Assembly (NCBI GenBank): GCA_052146775.1
Contig: JBKQMI010000146.1
Span: 1,207-65,206 of the forward strand
DNA from: Methylocella sp.
GTDB lineage: Bacteria > Pseudomonadota > Alphaproteobacteria > Rhizobiales > Beijerinckiaceae
Direction: 5' to 3'
DNA length: 64,000 nucleotides
Shown here piece after piece: positions 20,638 to 30,223 of this stretch; the first letter of the stretch is position 1, and every line of letters begins with the position of its first letter. The translations under genes and the position numbers were made by a program. Below the pieces are notes generated by a model, which saw only the letters and a program-made list of their open reading frames with translations, was not told the origin of the DNA and searched no databases.

Positions 20638-21651
20638 CTACTCCGCGGCCGCGCCGACGGCGCCGCGCAACGCCCGCGCCCGGGTGTCGGCCGCCGCGGC
20701 GAGAGATTCGAGCCGCTCGCGCCGCGCCCCCTCGAGCCAGGCGAGCCAGTCCGGCAGCCCGGCCCCGGTGCGGGCCGACACCATAAGCAGCGCCGCGCGA
20801 GGGTTGATTCGCGCCACATTGCGCCTGAGGGCGGCGAGATCGACGTCAAGATGCGGCAGAAGGTCCGCCTTGGTCAGCAGAACGACATCGGCGCCTTCAA
20901 AAATATCCGGGTATTTCAGAGGCTTGTCTTCACCCTCCGTGACCGAGAGCAAGGTCACGCGCTTATCCTCGCCAAGATCGAAGGCGGCCGGGCAGACGAG
21001 ATTGCCGACGTTCTCGATGAACAACACGCCGCCCGCCGGAAGCGGCAGCCGCTCAAGCGCGTGACCGACCATATGAGCGTCGAGATGACACCCCTTGCCG
21101 GTGTTGATCTGCACCGCCGGAACGCCGACCGCGCGAATGCGCTCGGCGTCGTTGGCGGTCTGCTGGTCGCCCTCGATCACGGCGGCCGGAATGCGTCCGG
21201 CGAGGGCCTTCAGAGTCTCTACGAGGAGCGTCGTCTTGCCCGCTCCAGGGCCCGCCAGGAGATTGAGGGAAAAGACGCCGTCCGCCGCCAGCCGGGCGCG
21301 GTTGCCCGCCGCAAGGGCGTCGTTCTTGGCGAGGATGCCCTGCTCGATCTCCACCATGCGGCGCGTATCGAGGCCCGGCGCGTGAGAGCGAAGGGGAGCC
21401 GGGCCGTCATGGGCGCGGGCGTCGGCGTGGATCGCATCCGCGTGCGCATGCGCATGATCGCCGTGCGCATGGGAATGGGCATGAGAATGGGAGTGCGAAT
21501 CGTCGTGGGTGTGCGCGTGCCCATCGCCGTGATCGTGGGTATGGGCGTGAGGATGGGTATGCGTATGAGCTGCGGAGGCATCCGCGCCCTGCGCCGCGCT
21601 GGCGCCCGAAATCGTCGCGGCGTCGGAGCCGCAGCCGCAAACCACGCACAT
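20638..21651 (-). CDS. hypB: Nickel-insertion GTPase HypB with His-rich N-terminus
   Basis: MCVVCGC, long (HX)n tract, [35 protein letters not shown]. Confidence 0.95.
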   Translation of the reverse strand: MCVVCGCGSDAATISGASAAQGADASAAHTHTHPHAHTHDHGDGHAHTHDDSHSHSHAHSHAHGDHAHAHADAIHADARAHDGPAPLRSHAPGLDTRRMVEIEQGILAKNDALAAGNRARLAADGVFSLNLLAGPGAGKTTLLVETLKALAGRIPAAVIEGDQQTANDAERIRAVGVPAVQINTGKGCHLDAHMVGHALERLPLPAGGVLFIENVGNLVCPAAFDLGEDKRVTLLSVTEGEDKPLKYPDIFEGADVVLLTKADLLPHLDVDLAALRRNVARINPRAALLMVSARTGAGLPDWLAWLEGARRERLESLAAAADTRARALRGAVGAAAE

Positions 21652-21992
21652 CACATCACCTCCAGGTCTTTGAGCTTCATTTCCATGCCGCCATTGGGCG
21701 CGAGCCGTTCTCCTCCGCAGACCGGACAGGGATCGAGCCGGGCGGCGATTTCCACCGTCTCGCCGCAATCGAAGCACCAGGCGGTCCCGGCCTCCTCCAG
21801 CATGACAAGCTCCGCGCCTTCCGCAAGCGAGCCGCGCATCACCACGTCGAAACCGAAGCGCAGAGCCTCGGGGTCGACCCCGGCGAAGCGGCCGATGGCG
21901 AGGCGCACGCGCGTGACGCGCGAAAAGTTCTGGGCGCGTCCGGCATCTTCGATGGCGCTCCTGAGGCTCTCGCAAATCGACATCTCGTGCAT
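21651..21992 (-). CDS. hypA: Nickel metallochaperone HypA
   Basis: MHEMSI, two CxxC motifs. Confidence 0.95.
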   Translation of the reverse strand: MHEMSICESLRSAIEDAGRAQNFSRVTRVRLAIGRFAGVDPEALRFGFDVVMRGSLAEGAELVMLEEAGTAWCFDCGETVEIAARLDPCPVCGGERLAPNGGMEMKLKDLEVM

Positions 21993-21993
21993 G

Positions 21994-23097
21994 TCACGCT
22001 CCTCTTTCGAAGGCGAGGGTCACCGGCGCGCAAGGGTTGACCGCGCCGACGCAGAGCTGCGCCAGCATCGCCGTCTCGCGCCGCGACGGCAACGCCGCCA
22101 GCATGCGTTCGAGAAGGCCCCCCGGCGCGAGGTTCCAGACGCTCGGCGTCAGCACCTGATAGGCGCCGACGCGCCCGTCCAGAACGCGCGCCTTGTGAGC
22201 GAGGCGCCCGCGCGCCGCCTCGGCGACGCCGGCGCCGCCGGGGCTGACGCCTGATAATGGCGCATCCGCGCGCCCCGCCGCCGCCCAGAGAAGATCCAGA
22301 ACCCGCGCCAGCAGGCGTGCGAAAAGGCTGGCTCCCTCCACGGCCAGAAGGGCCGTCATGACAGGCGCACGCCGCACGCGGTCCAGCGCCGTGGTCTCCC
22401 GCGCCGCCAAGGCCCCCGGCTGCACCAGGGCGGCGTCAATATCGGCCAGCCCCACCGAAGGGAGTTCGGCGCGGCCCCAAGCCGGGTCTGCCGCGCGAAT
22501 CTGACGCAGGAAGCGCGCCGCGCCAGTGGAGCCCGCCTCAAGCCAGGCGTCCAGCTCCAAAATTGTAAAGGCTGAGAGATCGCCCGCCTCACCACAGATC
22601 CGCACCGCGACCGGCGCCGGCCCTTCTGGCTCGCCGAGGGAGGACTTGCCGAGCGAAGATTTGCCGAGCAAAGCGAGGGCGGCCCGATCGGGCTCCGCGC
22701 CGATCAGCGCCGGCCAGTGATGGAACAGCGCGATCGCGTGATCTCGCACCGTTTCCGCACGCATCGCGTCATGCGCGCCGGGATCGCGAAGGCCGAGAGC
22801 CGCGGCGCTCGCCGCGCCCTGGGCAGCCGCGCAAAGATTGAAAACCCGCGGAACGAGGCGGGCGGCCTCGTCGACGGACCGCCCGACCAGCCAGCGCGCG
22901 GGATCGCTCGCAGGCGCGGCGGCGAAACGCCAGCCCGGCGCCGCTTCCGGCCGATAGGGCGCGCCGGCCAGAGCAGGAGGAAGAAAAGCAGCACCCACTT
23001 TTCCGCTCGCATCCCGTTCCAAACTATTGGAATCGATCACGTTCACGATTTTTGATCGATTTGATCCAAAATCACCGTGATCTAAGGGACTCGTCAT
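21994..23097 (-). CDS. hupK: Large-subunit scaffold HupK/HoxV with N-terminal repeat-derived insert
   Basis: PRVFNLCAAAQ, EAARG.L.H, P..WN, terminal NPCAP; position between hupJ and hypA. Confidence 0.85.
   Translation of the reverse strand: MTSPLDHGDFGSNRSKIVNVIDSNSLERDASGKVGAAFLPPALAGAPYRPEAAPGWRFAAAPASDPARWLVGRSVDEAARLVPRVFNLCAAAQGAASAAALGLRDPGAHDAMRAETVRDHAIALFHHWPALIGAEPDRAALALLGKSSLGKSSLGEPEGPAPVAVRICGEAGDLSAFTILELDAWLEAGSTGAARFLRQIRAADPAWGRAELPSVGLADIDAALVQPGALAARETTALDRVRRAPVMTALLAVEGASLFARLLARVLDLLWAAAGRADAPLSGVSPGGAGVAEAARGRLAHKARVLDGRVGAYQVLTPSVWNLAPGGLLERMLAALPSRRETAMLAQLCVGAVNPCAPVTLAFERGA
22969..23085. repeat. Palindromic MITE-like element, family B, in frame inside hupK
   Basis: AT-richer island with hairpin GATCACG.TGATTTT.GATC..ATCGATC.AAAATCG.G.ACGTGATC; minus-strand ends TTAG...CTGG 114 bp apart; encodes LDHGDFGSNRSKIVNVIDSNSLERDASGKVGAAFLPPAL. 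Confidence 0.8.
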
Positions 23098-23951
23098 GGC
23101 GCCTCCCCGTTCGGGGCACGCCCGCCCGACCTACCGACGATCAGTTCGCGGCGTGAAGGCTGCAGCGCCGGGCGTTCCGCCAGCGCATCCGCCGCCGCCT
23201 CGGCGGCTTCGGCCGCTGCGATCTCCGCCTCGCGCCGGCGGCGGATTTCGCCGAAAGGCGCTCCTTCTTCGCGGATTGCGGGATCATACAGCGCCGTCAG
23301 AGCCGCTTGCGCGATCTCGACCGCCTGCTGCATCAAGCTGAAATCGAACATGGGCGAAAACAAAGAGCACGCTTTGTAGGGACCGACGTCCGCGCGGTTC
23401 GCGCCGAGAAACTCGTACCAGCCCGACGGAAATTCGACGAGTTCCTTGGTCCCGGTCGCGAGGCGCGACCAGTCGTCGCCGGGGCCCGGCAGCAGCACCA
23501 GATTCATGAACCAGGGCGTGATCAGGACGCCGAGCCCGCGGCCCTCATGCGCGCGAAAGCCGACGGCCTTGACGCCGAGCGCCTCGTTGACGATCGGCAC
23601 GCCCCGCATCTGACCTGCATGAATCTCGCGGAACGCCGCTTCGAGCCGCGCCGGGATCTCTTTCAGAATCTCATCGAGCCGTTGGTCGGCCGTCGCCGGC
23701 GCCGAGGGCGCGAGCGCCGCCGCGTTCTCTCCGCCGTCCAGCACCATGAACTGATCGCGCGCGCCATCGCACACCGGGCAGCGCCAATCGTCAGGCAGGT
23801 CGACGAAGGCCGTACCCGGCGGCGTCTGCGAGACTTCGCAGCCGATGGCGGGATCATAAACGTGCCAGCAGATCTTGCATTCAAGGCGCGTGCGCGGGTC
23901 AAGCCGCGCGGCGTCGCCGAGAAAAGAGCCTTCAAATCGGGGCGCCCGCAT
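23094..23951 (-). CDS. hupJ: Rubredoxin-HupJ fusion (HupI+HupJ type)
   Basis: ECKICW.VYDP...LP.DW.CP.C, then M...P..N..L.V..VGF, LITPWFMNL, CSLFSPM. Confidence 0.88.
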   Translation of the reverse strand: MRAPRFEGSFLGDAARLDPRTRLECKICWHVYDPAIGCEVSQTPPGTAFVDLPDDWRCPVCDGARDQFMVLDGGENAAALAPSAPATADQRLDEILKEIPARLEAAFREIHAGQMRGVPIVNEALGVKAVGFRAHEGRGLGVLITPWFMNLVLLPGPGDDWSRLATGTKELVEFPSGWYEFLGANRADVGPYKACSLFSPMFDFSLMQQAVEIAQAALTALYDPAIREEGAPFGEIRRRREAEIAAAEAAEAAADALAERPALQPSRRELIVGRSGGRAPNGEAP

Positions 23952-23960
23952 CCGCCCGCC

Positions 23961-24806
23961 TCAGCGCATCGCCCCAAGCGCCTCGAAGAGGCGCTGGGCG
24001 GAATCGGCGATATCCTCCGGGGCGGCCAGGGCTACTTCCGGCAGGTCGGCGATCTCGATCGTGTCGAGGATCAGCGCATCGTCGGAATTATAGTAGCGCA
24101 CGCGCCAGACGCCGCGGCGCGCCGCGGCGTCGATGCGGCAGTTTCCGTAGCCGCGCGAAAGAATCGCGACGCCCCCTTTGCCGAGGGCGGAATCGATCAG
24201 CGCGAGATCCTCGGGGGTATGCGGCAGGAGCGAAAGATTGATCACATGCGCGGGGCTTCCCGGCGCCCGCGCAGCGGTCCGATAAGCGATCTCGGCGATC
24301 ACGGGCGGCGCGTTCACGACGCCGGCGCGCGGCGTCGCGACGTCCTGCAAATCAATGTCCCAGCGCGGCGGAAAGGCGCGCAGGGACGCGCCGCGCGGGA
24401 AAGGCCCGACCTCGATGCGGTCGACGCCGTCGGCGCCGCGCACGCGCCACACGCCGGCGAAGGTCGCCTCCTGGATTTCCAGAGCCGCGCCGGCGCCGCT
24501 GACCCGCACCGCCACTTCGCCTTCGCCCAGAGCCTCGTCGACGAGCGCGCGGTTCTCCGGGTCAAGGGCGCTGATCGAGACGGACTGATGGACATCCGGC
24601 GTCCAGGCCGCGAGCGCGCGCTGGACGGCGTCGAGCGCCGCGAAAGCCGGCGCAAGGCGGGCGGGGTCCGCCACTTCGGGCAGATGCGCCTCGTAGACCC
24701 GCATGCTTGACGGCATGGGGAGATAAGAGAGCGCGTCGTCCGCAGCGGACTGGCTGCCGGGACCAAAGCCGATCGGCGGCTGCGTCGCGATGGGAAGGGT
24801 GGTCAT
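23961..24806 (-). CDS. hupH: Small-subunit maturation protein HupH/HoxQ
   Basis: GPGSQ, LGEGEV, INLSLLP, SRGYGNCRI, VW.V.YYNS.D..ILDTIE. Confidence 0.9.
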   Translation of the reverse strand: MTTLPIATQPPIGFGPGSQSAADDALSYLPMPSSMRVYEAHLPEVADPARLAPAFAALDAVQRALAAWTPDVHQSVSISALDPENRALVDEALGEGEVAVRVSGAGAALEIQEATFAGVWRVRGADGVDRIEVGPFPRGASLRAFPPRWDIDLQDVATPRAGVVNAPPVIAEIAYRTAARAPGSPAHVINLSLLPHTPEDLALIDSALGKGGVAILSRGYGNCRIDAAARRGVWRVRYYNSDDALILDTIEIADLPEVALAAPEDIADSAQRLFEALGAMR

Positions 24807-24820
24807 GGGATGCGCATCCT

Positions 24821-25249
24821 TCAGTGGGCCGCGATGGGGGCCGCAAGCAGCGCGGCGAGCCGCGCGAGATACTCATCCCAATCCCGCATGCGGGCGACGG
24901 CGCCGACGGGCTCGCCGCCTTTCAGCACCACGATGGCTGGCAAAGCGAGGGACAATCGTTCGCGCAGCGCGGCTTCCACGGCGGGACCGGCTACGGCGCC
25001 GGTCAACCGCCCCGCGCCTGCGTCGAGGGCCTTCACCAGTTCCGGCAGCACGACGGCGACGTCGGGGGTCTCGAGATGGGCCTTTCCATGGGCGGGCAGG
25101 AGCAGGAGGAGGTCTCGCGGATCGCTCGCGACGGCGTCGAGCCGCTCCACATAGGCATAGCCCTGACAGCCGAGAAGGCGCTGGACCAACGGATGCAGCG
25201 GGGCGGCGGCGGCGGTCGAGGGGGTTGCGGCGAGCGGAGCGTCAAACAT
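24821..25249 (-). CDS. hupG: Thioredoxin-like HupG/HoxO (HyaE family)
   Basis: E..DVAVVLPEL, P...., RDW.EY. Confidence 0.82.
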   Translation of the reverse strand: MFDAPLAATPSTAAAAPLHPLVQRLLGCQGYAYVERLDAVASDPRDLLLLLPAHGKAHLETPDVAVVLPELVKALDAGAGRLTGAVAGPAVEAALRERLSLALPAIVVLKGGEPVGAVARMRDWDEYLARLAALLAAPIAAH

Positions 25250-25578
25250 CAGGCCTCCTTGTGGCCGGCCGCGTGGGCGGCCGCCAGATGGGGCGGGAGT
25301 TGTGGCTCCCGGTCGAGATCGGCGAAGGCGCCGGAAAGGCAGGCCGGGTCGGCGGAGCCAGCCATGATGGCCGCCATCGCCGCCACCGCCTCGCCGATCA
25401 GCCGCGCCTCCTCTGCATCAAGCAGGCGGCGGGCGGTCCCGAGGAACGCCAGCACATGATCGCCCGACTGCGCCTCGGGCACGAGCGCGAGGTCGATCCG
25501 GTGCAGGCCATCGCCTGCCCGGCACTCGGCGAAATCGCCGGAGCGCGTCTCGATCCGCATGGGAATGCCGATGCACAT
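25249..25578 (-). CDS. hupF: HypC paralog HupF/HoxL
   Basis: MCIGIPM, GD.VL.FLG.ARR, FADL.REPQLPPHL. Confidence 0.9.
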   Translation of the reverse strand: MCIGIPMRIETRSGDFAECRAGDGLHRIDLALVPEAQSGDHVLAFLGTARRLLDAEEARLIGEAVAAMAAIMAGSADPACLSGAFADLDREPQLPPHLAAAHAAGHKEA

Positions 25579-25581
25579 CGC

Positions 25582-26205
25582 TCAGCTCGCTTTCGCGCGG
25601 CGCGCCAGCACCCGCGCATCGCCGATGCGGCAGGCCTCAATGGCGGCCGGGCGTCCCGCCTCATAGGCCTCGCGGGCGACGGCGGCGGCGATCACCCCGG
25701 CATCGTGCGACGTCCGCCGAAGCAGCGCGACGCCGAACTCGTCGCGCAGGAGCGCCACGACATGCGCCATGGCGGGCGCCACCTGCGCCGCGACGACGTC
25801 GGTTAGTCCGCCGCCGTAATCATTGAGGGTATGAGGCTGTACGCCGACGAGCAGAAGGCGCCTCGGCATGCAGCCGCGCAACTGGAGCAGCGCGAGCACT
25901 TCCTGGAAGCCGGTCTGATGCAGGCTGATCTTGCGCGCGCCGAGCACGGCCGGCACCTCGCCGTCGGCGAGCAGATGCAGCGTTCCCGGCGGCAGCCCGT
26001 AATCGACGGCGTCGATGATGACGACGGCGTCGGCGTCTTCGAGATGAGGCAGCAAATAGAGGCCCTGGGTGCCGCCGTCGATGAGGGTTACGCCTTCAGG
26101 CATCGAATAGTCGCGGTCGAGCGCCTCGACGACGCGAACGCCAAAGCCTTCGTCGGCCCAAAGAATATTCCCGATGCCGAGCACGAGGATGCGTTCATCG
26201 ACCAT
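25582..26205 (-). CDS. hupD: Uptake hydrogenase endopeptidase HupD
   Basis: LGIGNILWADEGFG, DGGTQG, DAVDYG, SLHQTGFQEVL; start reset to MVDERI. Confidence 0.92.
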   Translation of the reverse strand: MVDERILVLGIGNILWADEGFGVRVVEALDRDYSMPEGVTLIDGGTQGLYLLPHLEDADAVVIIDAVDYGLPPGTLHLLADGEVPAVLGARKISLHQTGFQEVLALLQLRGCMPRRLLLVGVQPHTLNDYGGGLTDVVAAQVAPAMAHVVALLRDEFGVALLRRTSHDAGVIAAAVAREAYEAGRPAAIEACRIGDARVLARRAKAS

Positions 26206-26402
26206 GGCGATGCGATTTCCCTGGAAAGCCTCCCGGCGGGCGTATCCCCCGCTTTCGCAGAATATATCAAAACACATGCCAGTCCGAGCAAGGTCCCGAA
26301 ATACTGCGATTTCAAGGCGCATCGACATCAGTGAGAGAATCGCGCCGGGAGCTATTGTCGCGTAAATTTCCATTTTTGACGCAAAATGGAAAGCACCCTT
26401 AC

Positions 26403-26433
26403 AAAAAAATGGGCGCAGCTTGCGCCGCGCCCA
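26403..26433 (-). terminator. Intrinsic terminator after hupC
   Basis: Minus strand TGGGCGCGGC-GCAA-GCTGCGCCCA followed by T7. Confidence 0.8.
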
Positions 26434-26457
26434 GAAGGACACCTTAGGCTTAAGAAT

Positions 26458-27207
26458 TTAGTCCGGGTCGTCGTCCCGGAAGGTCCGGTAGCCGTTGGTC
26501 ATGGCGGAGACCATGGACTGGCGGGACATGATGTCTTCCCGGATCACCGAATAGACGTGGATGATCACGAACAGGATGATGACCCACATGCCGAGATGAT
26601 GCCAGGTGTGGACGCTCAGGCTTCCGCCCAGTAGCGGAATGACCCAGCCGAACGCCCGGGCCTGCCAGCTGCCGAGCCCCTCCCCTTCCGAGTAAAGGGC
26701 GAAGCCGGTGACGATCATGAACAGGCCGACGACCACCATGACCCAGAACATGAAGAACTGGGCGAGCGGGTTGTGGCCGACATATTTGTTCGGGCGAATC
26801 TTCAGGAACATGTACCACTGGGTCTCCACCCATAGCCCGCGCCAGAATTGCGCGCGCCAGAACGGAAAGGTGAAGAGCTCGCGGGCGTTTTTGTTGCCGA
26901 CGAAGGCCCAGAGCACGCGGCCCGCGAAGCCGATGGCGAAGATATAGGCCGCCGAGAAATGCAGGAAGCGGATCGTGCCCATCATGAAATGGGCGCTCGC
27001 TTCTCCCGACAGCGTCGGGAAAGGCGATGCGATGAGATAGCCGGTCACGCAGAGCACCAGGATCGACAGGGCGTTGACCCAATGCCATAGCCGCACCGGC
27101 GCCTCATAGACGTAGACCGTGGTCAGCTTGCGTCCGTTCCGGACCGCGGATCCGGCGTTCGCCGCTTCGACGGACGCGCCGCCGGGCGCTGGGATGGCGT
27201 CGCTCAT
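26458..27207 (-). CDS. hupC: Hydrogenase b-type cytochrome subunit
   Basis: VYEAPVRLWHW, RFLHF, GHNPLA, HHLGMW, HVY..IREDI. Confidence 0.95.
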   Translation of the reverse strand: MSDAIPAPGGASVEAANAGSAVRNGRKLTTVYVYEAPVRLWHWVNALSILVLCVTGYLIASPFPTLSGEASAHFMMGTIRFLHFSAAYIFAIGFAGRVLWAFVGNKNARELFTFPFWRAQFWRGLWVETQWYMFLKIRPNKYVGHNPLAQFFMFWVMVVVGLFMIVTGFALYSEGEGLGSWQARAFGWVIPLLGGSLSVHTWHHLGMWVIILFVIIHVYSVIREDIMSRQSMVSAMTNGYRTFRDDDPD

Positions 27208-27219
27208 GAAAACCTCCCC

Positions 27220-29034
27220 TCAGCGCACGGTGACGCGGGCGAGTTCCTCGCCGCCCGGCGCCAGGACATGGGTGGAGCAGGCGAGGCATGGATCGAACGA
27301 ATGGAGCGTGCGCAGGATCTCCACCGGCTCGTCGGGGCGCTCCATCGGCGTGTTGAGAAGCGAGGCCTCGAACGCGCCGATATTGCCCTTGGGATCGCGC
27401 GGGCTGCCGTTCCAGGTCGTCGGCACCACGCATTGGTAGTTCTCGATCCGCCCGTCCTTGATCTTGATCCAGTGGCCGAGGCCGCCGCGCGGCGCCGCCA
27501 CCGTGCCGACGCCCTTGGCCTCCTTCGGCCATGTGGCGGGATCCCACTTCTCGACATTCGCGGTGGCGGTGTCGCCGGCCTTGATGTTCGCGATCAGATT
27601 GTCGAAATCAGTCAGCATCATCTCGGCGCAATAATGCGCCTCGAGCGCCCGGGCGAGCGTGCGGCCGATGGTCGTCGGCAGCGCCTGCTTCGGCGTGAAG
27701 CTTGTGCCGGCCAGCGAATTGAAGCGGCCGAGCGACTCATCGACCTGCCCTTTCACATAATCGACGCCGTGGGAATAGGCGAGGATGTAGCGGGCGAGCG
27801 GCCCCACCTCGCAGGCGGCGCCCCTCCAGCGCGGCGCCTTAATCCAGGAGTATTTCGCCGCCTCGTCCACCGCCTCGATATTGGTTTTCGTGCCCTTGGC
27901 CGCGGGACCGAGTTCGAATTTCGGCTCGGTTACGCCATCCCAGGGATGCAGCCCCACATCGTTTTCGCCGGCGCCGTAGGTGTACCAGGAATGGGTGACG
28001 AACTCCTGCACCTGCGCGGGGTCGCGCGGGTCGATCGGATGGATCTCCTCCCAATTGCCGCCGAGGATCACGCCGCCCGGCAGACGGTCGGTGGATTTCT
28101 GGCCCTGGATCGCTTCGTAATCGCCATAGTCCATGACGTTGGTCGCCGAAAGTCCGCCGCCATAGAGCCATCCCTTGTAGAAGCTCGCGATGGCGATCAC
28201 GTCCGGCACATAGACGTTCTTCGAGAACTCGTAAGCCTCCTGGAGCTTCAGCTTGACGAAGTTCAGCCGCTCCATGTTGAGGGGAGCCCCCGCCGACATG
28301 TCCCCTTCCATGTTGATGGCGCAGGGCACGCCGCCGACCATGTAGTTCGGATGCGGGTTCTTGCCGCCGAAAATCGTGTGAACCTTGACGATCTCCCGCT
28401 GGAAGTCGAGCGCCTCCAGATAATGGGTGACGGCGAGCAGGTCAGCCTCGGGCGGAAGCTTGTAGGCGGGATTGTCCCAGTAGCCGTTTTTGAAGATGCC
28501 AAGCTGTCCGCTCTCCACAAACTTCTTCAGCCGGTTCTGAACGTCCCGGAAATAGCCTGGCGACGACTTGGAGTGGGCGGAGATGGATTGCTGGAGGACG
28601 GAGGTGGCCTTGGGGTCGGCCTTCAGCGCATTGACGGGATTGACCCAGTCGAGTGCGTGCAGATGATAGAAATGAACCACATGATCGTGCCACTGCAGCA
28701 CTTTCGCCATGATCTCGCGGATCAGGAAGGCGTTGTTGGGAATCTTGATCTGCAGCGCATCCTCGACGGCGCGCACCGAGGTCAGGGCGTGGCAGCCGGT
28801 GCACACGCCGCAGATGCGCTCCACGAACGCCCAGGCGTCGCGCGGGTCGCGGCCTTTGAGGATCACCTCCAGACCGCGCCACATCGTACCGGTGGAGACC
28901 GCGTTGCGGATCACATTGTCGGCGTCGACATTCACCTCGCAGCGCATGTGCCCTTCGATGCGCGTCACGGGATCGACGACGATGCGGCGGCCCGACGCGT
29001 CGAGCGTGAAGCCGTTGGGGGTCTGGACGGTCAT
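27220..29034 (-). CDS. hupL: Group 1d uptake hydrogenase large subunit
   Basis: [40 protein letters not shown] plus 15-aa extension. Confidence 0.97.
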   Translation of the reverse strand: MTVQTPNGFTLDASGRRIVVDPVTRIEGHMRCEVNVDADNVIRNAVSTGTMWRGLEVILKGRDPRDAWAFVERICGVCTGCHALTSVRAVEDALQIKIPNNAFLIREIMAKVLQWHDHVVHFYHLHALDWVNPVNALKADPKATSVLQQSISAHSKSSPGYFRDVQNRLKKFVESGQLGIFKNGYWDNPAYKLPPEADLLAVTHYLEALDFQREIVKVHTIFGGKNPHPNYMVGGVPCAINMEGDMSAGAPLNMERLNFVKLKLQEAYEFSKNVYVPDVIAIASFYKGWLYGGGLSATNVMDYGDYEAIQGQKSTDRLPGGVILGGNWEEIHPIDPRDPAQVQEFVTHSWYTYGAGENDVGLHPWDGVTEPKFELGPAAKGTKTNIEAVDEAAKYSWIKAPRWRGAACEVGPLARYILAYSHGVDYVKGQVDESLGRFNSLAGTSFTPKQALPTTIGRTLARALEAHYCAEMMLTDFDNLIANIKAGDTATANVEKWDPATWPKEAKGVGTVAAPRGGLGHWIKIKDGRIENYQCVVPTTWNGSPRDPKGNIGAFEASLLNTPMERPDEPVEILRTLHSFDPCLACSTHVLAPGGEELARVTVR

Positions 29035-30113
29035 TTCGCGTCTCCCTTATGCTGGGCGCGCTTCAAGGCGCTGACGGCGGCGTGCACGGCGACTGCGCCG
29101 CCCACGACCCCGGCGGCGGCGAGGCCGATCTGATCGGCGTTGGCTTCGACGCCAAAGCCTTTTCCGTGAATGTCGGAAAGGCGGGCGTACCAGGAGCCCT
29201 TGTCCCAGAAACCATCCTCGGAGCAGCCGATGCAGCCGTGTCCGGCCTGGATCGGAAACGACACGCCGTCATTCCAGCGTACGGTGGAGCAGGCGTTGTA
29301 GGTGGTCGGCCCCTTGCACCCCATCTTGTAGAGGCAGTAGCCTTTGCGCGCGCCTTCGTCGTCGAACGATTCCACATATTGTCCGGCGTCGAAATGGGCG
29401 CGCCGGTAGCATTTGTCGTGGATCCGCTGGGAATAGAACATCTTGGGCCGGCCCTGCCGGTCCAGCTCGGGGATGCGGTCGAAGGTGAGCATGTAGGTGA
29501 TGACGGCGGTCATCACCTCCGCGATGGGCGGGCAGCCTGGCACCTTGATGATGGGCTTGTCGAAGATCACTTCATGCACGGGCGTCGCGCGCGTCGGATT
29601 CGGGCGCGCCGCCTGCACGCAGCCATAGGAGGCGCAGGAGCCCCAGGAGATGATGGCCTTCGCGTCCGCCGCCACCTTCTTCAGCTGATCGACGAAAGGC
29701 TTGCCGCCGATGATGCAATACATCCCGTCTTCGTTGAGCGGCGGGTTGCCCTCCACGGCGAGGATGTAATTGCCCTTATATTTCGTCATCACCTCGTCGA
29801 GGATGGCTTCCGCTTGATGGCCGGCGGAGGCCATGAGCGTGTCGTCATAGTCGAGCGAGATCATGGAGAGGATCACATCCTTCGCCAGCGGATGCGCCGA
29901 GCGGATGAAGCTCTCCGAGCAGCAGGTGCATTCGAGCCCGTGCAGCCAGAGCACCGGCAGGCGCGGCTTGGTCTCCATGGCGTGGACGATCTGCGGCGCG
30001 AGCTCCGGGCCGAGACCGAGGGCGGCCGCGGTCAGCGAACAGTATTTCAGGAACGAGCGGCGGGTGATGCCCTGCCGCCGCATCACCTCGTAGAATGTCT
30101 CAAGGCCGACCAT
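29031..30113 (-). CDS. hupS: Uptake hydrogenase small subunit with Tat signal
   Basis: RRSFLK twin-Arg; ECTCCSES and GSCASYGC (extra cysteines); C-terminal membrane anchor. Confidence 0.97.
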   Translation of the reverse strand: MVGLETFYEVMRRQGITRRSFLKYCSLTAAALGLGPELAPQIVHAMETKPRLPVLWLHGLECTCCSESFIRSAHPLAKDVILSMISLDYDDTLMASAGHQAEAILDEVMTKYKGNYILAVEGNPPLNEDGMYCIIGGKPFVDQLKKVAADAKAIISWGSCASYGCVQAARPNPTRATPVHEVIFDKPIIKVPGCPPIAEVMTAVITYMLTFDRIPELDRQGRPKMFYSQRIHDKCYRRAHFDAGQYVESFDDEGARKGYCLYKMGCKGPTTYNACSTVRWNDGVSFPIQAGHGCIGCSEDGFWDKGSWYARLSDIHGKGFGVEANADQIGLAAAGVVGGAVAVHAAVSALKRAQHKGDAK

Positions 30114-30179
30114 ACGGCGTCCCCTTCTGAATGGTGCTTCCGCGCGGCTGCGTCGAGGCGGTCGCGCTCCCTTCTACTC

Positions 30180-30195
30180 AGCAACGCCCATGCCA
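30180..30195 (-). promoter_or_regulatory. Sigma-54 (-24/-12) promoter of hupSLC
   Basis: Minus strand TGGCATGGGCGTTGCT (GG-N10-GC), about 65 nt upstream of hupS; HupR keeps GAFTGA. Confidence 0.8.
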
Positions 30196-30223
30196 TTCAT
30201 CTTTGTTATTTTAGATCAGCGCC

